Below, one piece after another: positions 59,536-64,000 of a stretch of DNA of 64,000 nt (the stretch's first letter is position 1; every line of letters begins with the position of its first letter). The DNA is from Vulcanimicrobiota bacterium. Lineage in GTDB: Bacteria; Vulcanimicrobiota; JAJTBE01. The notes under the pieces are model-generated. The model searched no databases, had not been told where the DNA came from, and saw nothing but the letters and a program-made list of their open reading frames with translations. The translations under genes and the position numbers were made by a program. The stretch covers positions 7,999-71,998 of the forward strand of contig JAIORV010000162.1 in NCBI GenBank assembly GCA_021107945.1, given 5' to 3'.

Positions 59536-59604
59536 TCATTGCGAGGAGCTAACTTTAATGTTCTTTGTCTATTCAGGAGATTGCTTCACTAACACCCGCA
59601 ATGA
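59536..59604. repeat. Palindromic element (tcattgcgagg...gagattgcttc...cgcaatgac)
   Basis: Terminal tcattgcg/cgcaatga inverted repeat. Confidence 0.6.
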
Positions 59605-59665
59605 CACCTTTTGCACGATTACTTTGCGTAGGTCCTGTCATTATTTAACTTAAAGGGGACGAATT

Positions 59666-60088
59666 ATGAAAAAATTGATAACATTAATCTTCTGTATTCT
59701 CTTATTGGTTGGATTCGTTTCATGTTCTCAACCCGGAGGTAAAATTAACACTGAAAAAAAGAATTCGGATGACGACCCCGTAAAAGCTTTTGAGAAATTC
59801 GTAAAAGCTATTAAAGATGATGATTTCAAGGCGATCTGGGGTCTCATGTCCAAAGAATCCAGGGAGCAATTCAAACAACAAGGCAAACCCTCTTTTGAAA
59901 AATTCAAGAAAGAGATAGAGAAAGAACTCAGCGACAAAAAGAAAAAAGAGGAGATATTAAGCGCTGTTCCCATAGAAGCCAGGATAACTGCTGAAATAAA
60001 AATCAAGTGCAAAAAAGGGGACACGGAGCGAACCGAGACAATAAAAATGGTAAAGGAAGACGATAAATGGAAAATTAACCTCCGTTAA
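59666..60088 (+). CDS. Lipoprotein, probable NTF2-like (DUF4878-like) fold
   Basis: Lipobox FVSC, P--AFEKF--AI---D and MVKEDDKWKI. Confidence 0.75.
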   Translation: MKKLITLIFCILLLVGFVSCSQPGGKINTEKKNSDDDPVKAFEKFVKAIKDDDFKAIWGLMSKESREQFKQQGKPSFEKFKKEIEKELSDKKKKEEILSAVPIEARITAEIKIKCKKGDTERTETIKMVKEDDKWKINLR

Positions 60089-60123
60089 GGAATTGTCGGT
60101 GTTTACAAATTTTTTTCCGACTA

Positions 60124-60152
60124 TTGCATTTGATTTTCAATTCTGCTATAAT
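60124..60152 (+). promoter_or_regulatory. Sigma70-type promoter of the tRNA operon
   Basis: TTGCAT-17 bp-TATAAT with extended TG, 20 nt upstream of tRNA-Gly. Confidence 0.8.
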
Positions 60153-60172
60153 GTGAAAACAATAAATGCCCT

Positions 60173-60245
60173 GCGGAAATAGCTCAGATGGTAGAGCATT
60201 AGCTTCCCAAGCTGAGGGTCGCGGGTTCGAATCCCGTTTTCCGCT
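60173..60245 (+). tRNA. tRNA-Gly (CCC), CCA not encoded
   Basis: Acceptor gcggaaa/tttccgc, anticodon loop ttCCCaa, ttcgaat T-loop. Confidence 0.96.
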
Positions 60246-60271
60246 TTTTATTCTGAGTGCAGAAATAGCAG

Positions 60272-60347
60272 GGCGACGTGGCCGAGTGGCTAAGGCAGCG
60301 GTCTGCAAAACCGTTTATCACCAGTTCGAATCTGGTCGTCGCCTCCA
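60272..60347 (+). tRNA. tRNA-Cys (GCA)
   Basis: Acceptor ggcgacg/cgtcgcc, anticodon loop ctGCAaa, 3' tCCA. Confidence 0.96.
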
Positions 60348-60353
60348 TACTAA

Positions 60354-60427
<74 letters not shown>

Positions 60428-60433
60428 TTAAAG

Positions 60434-60466
60434 AAGCCCGTGGTTTCAAGCGAATCACGGGCTTTT
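60434..60466 (+). terminator. Intrinsic terminator of the tRNA operon
   Basis: aagcccgtggtt...aatcacgggctttt. Confidence 0.8.
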
Positions 60467-60647
60467 GGTTTTTAATAAATTGTCTTGTAATGAAGATAAA
60501 ATGAAATAAAAAATTTCCTGAAAAACTCTAAGAAAATAGAAAACGGAAATCCCCTTGGCAATAATAACTTTCAATTTATTCTACTATAAAAGAAAAAAAA
60601 GAGAGTTCGAAAGAACGCCCTTCTTATAATCCAATATAAATTTCCAG

Positions 60648-61076
60648 TTAATTGGTAATAAGTCCACGTCTTGGATTATATTGTGGAAATCCTTCAGTTA
60701 CTGCCTTGATAATCAAGTGATGTATTCCACAGCAGTGGGTTGTAAAGTTATGATAGTCTATACTATCGACCTCATATCCATAAGTCTGGTTATTGCTTGG
60801 GCATCGGGGTTCCGGGTGCATATAAGGTGGGTTTCCCCCCTGCGATTGAAATATCTTTGATTGCCATTCGCCTTCCTTGGGATACTGCCCTGCATCGGTA
60901 TGGTAGATCTCAAGTGCTGAGGCCATATTTCGCAGGTTGGCCTGACAAGCTGTGTATTGGGCTTGATATCTGCCCTTTACCATATGAGGAAGAACAATAG
61001 AAGATAAAATACCAATAATTACAATTACAATCATCAACTCAATCAGAGTGTATCCTTTTTTCTTTTGGTTCTTCAC
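60648..61076 (-). CDS. Type IV pilin / type II secretion pseudopilin-like protein
   Basis: KKG|YTLIELMIVIVIIGIL prepilin motif; GGAGG RBS. Confidence 0.9.
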   Translation of the reverse strand: MKNQKKKGYTLIELMIVIVIIGILSSIVLPHMVKGRYQAQYTACQANLRNMASALEIYHTDAGQYPKEGEWQSKIFQSQGGNPPYMHPEPRCPSNNQTYGYEVDSIDYHNFTTHCCGIHHLIIKAVTEGFPQYNPRRGLITN

Positions 61077-61373
61077 GATTTTACCTCCTCCGGAGATCAG
61101 TTAAAAATAATGATAATAGATATTATTTCGAGCAATCGGGCGATTCCTCCTTTATATTTTACCGGTAAAATATAATTATTATAACAGTGAAGGGAGATAC
61201 CCCGATTTCTCCTTACATTATAATTATAGCATAATGTTTATAAATTGTTAGTTCTTAAATAGAAAAACTTCACTGTTTAACTAAATTATACCCAAAATAC
61301 ATGGAAAATCTCCCTTGCTTGTTAAAAACCGTTTTTTTATCAAATTTTATCGGAAATTTTCATGTTGAAAAAT

Positions 61374-62357
61374 TTATCTAGGCACTTCAACTCTTGACAG
61401 GATGTTCCGGATGATATCATCGGAAGTCATTCCCTCAATTTCAGCTTCCGGTCGGAGCAGGAGCCTGTGTCTTAACACCGGGTAGGCAGATTCCTTGACA
61501 TCATCGGGAATGATGTAATCTCTGCTTCTCACCGCAGCCCTTGCCTTGCTTGACAATAAAAGAGAAATTGCTCCTCTGGGACTTGCTCCCAGCACCACGT
61601 TCGAATCTTTCCTTGTCATATCGTTTATTTGAATAATATATTCGAATATCTCATCCCGGACAGTTACATTCTGGATTTCCTCAAGAATCCGGGGGAGAAA
61701 GTCAATGTAATTCATTTTTTCAAATGCAATTCCATCCAGTTTTCTGGGGTTAAATCCACCATGATATGCCTTGAGGATTTCCACTTCTCTGTCTCGCCCG
61801 GGGTAATCGATTGTTATTTTAAACATAAACCTATCCATCTGTGCTTCAGGCAGAGGGTAGGTTCCCTCGAACTCAATGGGATTCTGTGTGGCAAATACAA
61901 GGAAGAGATCGGAAAGCTTGTTTCTCTCACCTTCTATTGTTACCTGTCCCTCTTCCATCGCCTCAAGGAGCGCGGACTGTGTTTTGGGGGAAGTCCTGTT
62001 TATCTCATCGGCAAGCAGAAGATTTGTGAAAATGGGTCCTTTTTTTAGATAGAATTCACTGGTTTTCATATCAAACACATGAGTTCCAACGACATCGGAA
62101 GGCATCATGTCCGGTGTAAACTGAATTCTTTCAAACGTACATTCGATTATATGCGACAAAGTCTTTACCATCAGGGTCTTTGCAGTTCCCGGCACACCTT
62201 CGAGAAGAACATGTCCCTGTGAAAAAAATGCAATGAGGATATTTTCGATAATTTCCTCCTGCCCAATGATTACCTTGCCGATTTCTTTTCGAAGCTCCTC
62301 GAATATTTTATGAGTCAACATGCTTTCGCCAGTTGTCTTTAGTCCAACTGAATCCAC
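61374..62357 (-). CDS. MoxR family AAA+ ATPase
   Basis: LEGVPGTAKT, RIQFTPD, LADEINR, ATQNPIE-EGTYPLPEAQ-DRF. Start set at GTG 62357 after AAGGAG. Confidence 0.95.
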   Translation of the reverse strand: MDSVGLKTTGESMLTHKIFEELRKEIGKVIIGQEEIIENILIAFFSQGHVLLEGVPGTAKTLMVKTLSHIIECTFERIQFTPDMMPSDVVGTHVFDMKTSEFYLKKGPIFTNLLLADEINRTSPKTQSALLEAMEEGQVTIEGERNKLSDLFLVFATQNPIEFEGTYPLPEAQMDRFMFKITIDYPGRDREVEILKAYHGGFNPRKLDGIAFEKMNYIDFLPRILEEIQNVTVRDEIFEYIIQINDMTRKDSNVVLGASPRGAISLLLSSKARAAVRSRDYIIPDDVKESAYPVLRHRLLLRPEAEIEGMTSDDIIRNILSRVEVPR

Positions 62358-62381
62358 AATCGCTCTCCTTTCGATTTTTTT

Positions 62382-62465
62382 AAACGCAGAGATCGCGGAG
62401 TTCGCAGAGGATAACCGGAGAAAAAACATTGATACCTCTGTGTTCTCTGTGTCCTCTGTGGTAAA
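62382..62465. repeat. Inverted pair of 9-bp-period repeats inside the MoxR operon
   Basis: aacgcagagatcgcggagttcgcagagg ... cctctgtgttctctgtgtcctctgtggt. Confidence 0.8.
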
Positions 62466-62518
62466 AAAACACCTTCAATAACCGAGATTTTGAGGTTTTT
62501 CGATACCCTCGCCTCCGT

Positions 62519-63652
62519 CTATGCCAATTTGCTTGCTATTTTATCCAGCTCATTGCAGAGTTTTACCAATTCCGCATCGGGAAGGTCTTTCTCTTTCGCT
62601 GCTTTTCGGCATTTTTCAAGGACTGACTCTATAACTCCTCTATCCTCTCCGGGGATATATTTCAATAATTCTATAAACTTTTCATCGGGAGTGTCCGGTG
62701 GAATACGATAAACACCTGCAATTTTACGTTTGAAGCTTCGAATTGCATTGGACAGGGCGAAATCGTGAGTATGCGCCTTCATGAAAAGCCCGGCAAACGA
62801 GTGAATATACTCCGTGGATGTACGCAGTGTATCTTCCTTCAACCTTTTGGGTTTGCCAAAGCGTTTCATTGCTACAAGGTAAAACAAGAAGAGAGCTATC
62901 GACAACTGAATCAGGATCAGGTTCAAAATCGGAGGCATCTTGAAAGCGTTTGATTTTTTACTAAAATTATATCCATGAAGCGATTCATCTATGAGAACTT
63001 TTGTTTTTCCGATATATTTCAATATATTTGTTATTAGAATAGCATTTCCGTCGCTGTCAATACTGCTGTTCTTAAAAATTCCCGGGGCGGAGAAAACAAT
63101 AATTTCTCCTTTGCCAAGTTTAATACGGGCGCATATTATACCATTCTCATCTTCCAGAAGTGTCTCAAATTCATCTTTTTCAGGAATAAGGCGGGTTACT
63201 CCCACATCCTTTACAAACTTGACATTATCGGATACAGCGCCTTCGGGATTCTTCAAATCCGATTGAAGCACATAATCAAGTTTTATTTTTAAAGCTGAAT
63301 AGAGGCCGTTAAAATCATCGGCCGCAAGTAAAACTTTGTTTCCCTTCTTCACCCAGTTTATTAACTTACCGGTATTCTCTTTCCTGATAATGTCAGGATA
63401 AGGTTTGATTATTAAGAGAACGCTGGAGGGGTCATCTTTTAACTCGTCAAAGTCCCTTTCGAAGCGACTGATATTATAATTCATTTTTTTAAGAAGCAGG
63501 TAGAATGCCTTATACCCCCGCTTGCCGGTGTCGTATGTTGTGGGTTTGCTGATAATTGTGCGCCTTCGACCTGACATGACAATTTGAAATACAACCACCA
63601 GGATCAATATTCCCACAAATATTATGCCTGTTATCAGTTTCTTTCTTTTCAA
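62519..63652 (-). CDS. DUF4350-like membrane protein of MoxR clusters
   Basis: TTY----GYKAFY-LL, WVKKGN, GKGEII, DE-LHG, RFG and EYIHSFAGL. Confidence 0.8.
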   Translation of the reverse strand: MKRKKLITGIIFVGILILVVVFQIVMSGRRRTIISKPTTYDTGKRGYKAFYLLLKKMNYNISRFERDFDELKDDPSSVLLIIKPYPDIIRKENTGKLINWVKKGNKVLLAADDFNGLYSALKIKLDYVLQSDLKNPEGAVSDNVKFVKDVGVTRLIPEKDEFETLLEDENGIICARIKLGKGEIIVFSAPGIFKNSSIDSDGNAILITNILKYIGKTKVLIDESLHGYNFSKKSNAFKMPPILNLILIQLSIALFLFYLVAMKRFGKPKRLKEDTLRTSTEYIHSFAGLFMKAHTHDFALSNAIRSFKRKIAGVYRIPPDTPDEKFIELLKYIPGEDRGVIESVLEKCRKAAKEKDLPDAELVKLCNELDKIASKLA

Positions 63653-64000
63653 AGCTTTCTGATTCCCTTCTTACACGAGATGTAAGCGTCATGAAACGAA
63701 TCATAATCCAGTTTCTCGCATGGCTCAAGTGCATAGACTTTATCCTCGAAAATCCTGTTCATACAGGAGAAGCTTTTGCATAAGTCGTCAGTCCCGGCTT
63801 TTTCGATTTTCCTCTGTGTCTCCCTGTTTGTGCGTGTATTATCAAATTCGAGGATTCCCCTGGAATTGAACAATAGGAGAAGTGAGATATAAAGGTGTCG
63901 TATTGCCCTCAGGAATTCTCCCCTTTTTGCGGCGGTTAATCCCTGTTTCTCTCTGGTATTTGGATCGATGGATCCCGCCTCCCCCATCTCAGAATCAATT
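63649..64000 (-). CDS. DUF4129-like protein, C-terminal part; frame open to the window end
   Basis: G-F--AIRHLY--LL, RTNRE and FE---Y motifs. Confidence 0.75.
   Translation of the reverse strand, partial: IDSEMGEAGSIDPNTREKQGLTAAKRGEFLRAIRHLYISLLLLFNSRGILEFDNTRTNRETQRKIEKAGTDDLCKSFSCMNRIFEDKVYALEPCEKLDYDSFHDAYISCKKGIRKL

Noticed and set aside
60428-64000. Integrated island after tRNA-Val
   Set aside because: No integrase or duplicated tRNA 3' end seen; downstream genes look chromosomal.

Overview
A 64-kb, gene-dense bacterial chromosomal window (standard genetic code, moderate GC). The gene style (zinc-ribbon Ser/Thr kinases with ankyrin repeats, many TPR/HEAT/FHA proteins, a short pilin-like protein) suggests an uncultured lineage such as Candidatus Eremiobacterota; this is inference only. 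Housekeeping genes include mutS, murI, nrdJ, mrdA, comF, an orphan rnfC, a LipS2-type radical SAM lipoyl synthase subunit, a MoxR cluster and a tRNA-Gly/Cys/Val operon. The most unusual region is 11.3-20.9 kb. It holds three tandem paralogous zinc-ribbon/kinase/ankyrin genes with different membrane topologies, one carrying an exact 402-bp duplication that includes its TM helix. Each paralogue is preceded by a conserved leader containing a MITE/REP copy. Between two of them lies a ~370-nt non-coding segment that folds by eye into a multi-domain RNA with paired ends. Other highlights: a GTAG-type REP element translated in-frame inside LipS2, a REC-HisKA-HATPase/HD-GYP fusion split at an in-phase A_AAA_AAT slippery site next to an I-site-only GGDEF protein, a four-FHA protein, a hicAB relic, and several families of small dispersed palindromic repeats. 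No CRISPR array, rRNA, reverse transcriptase, integrase or intact transposase was seen.
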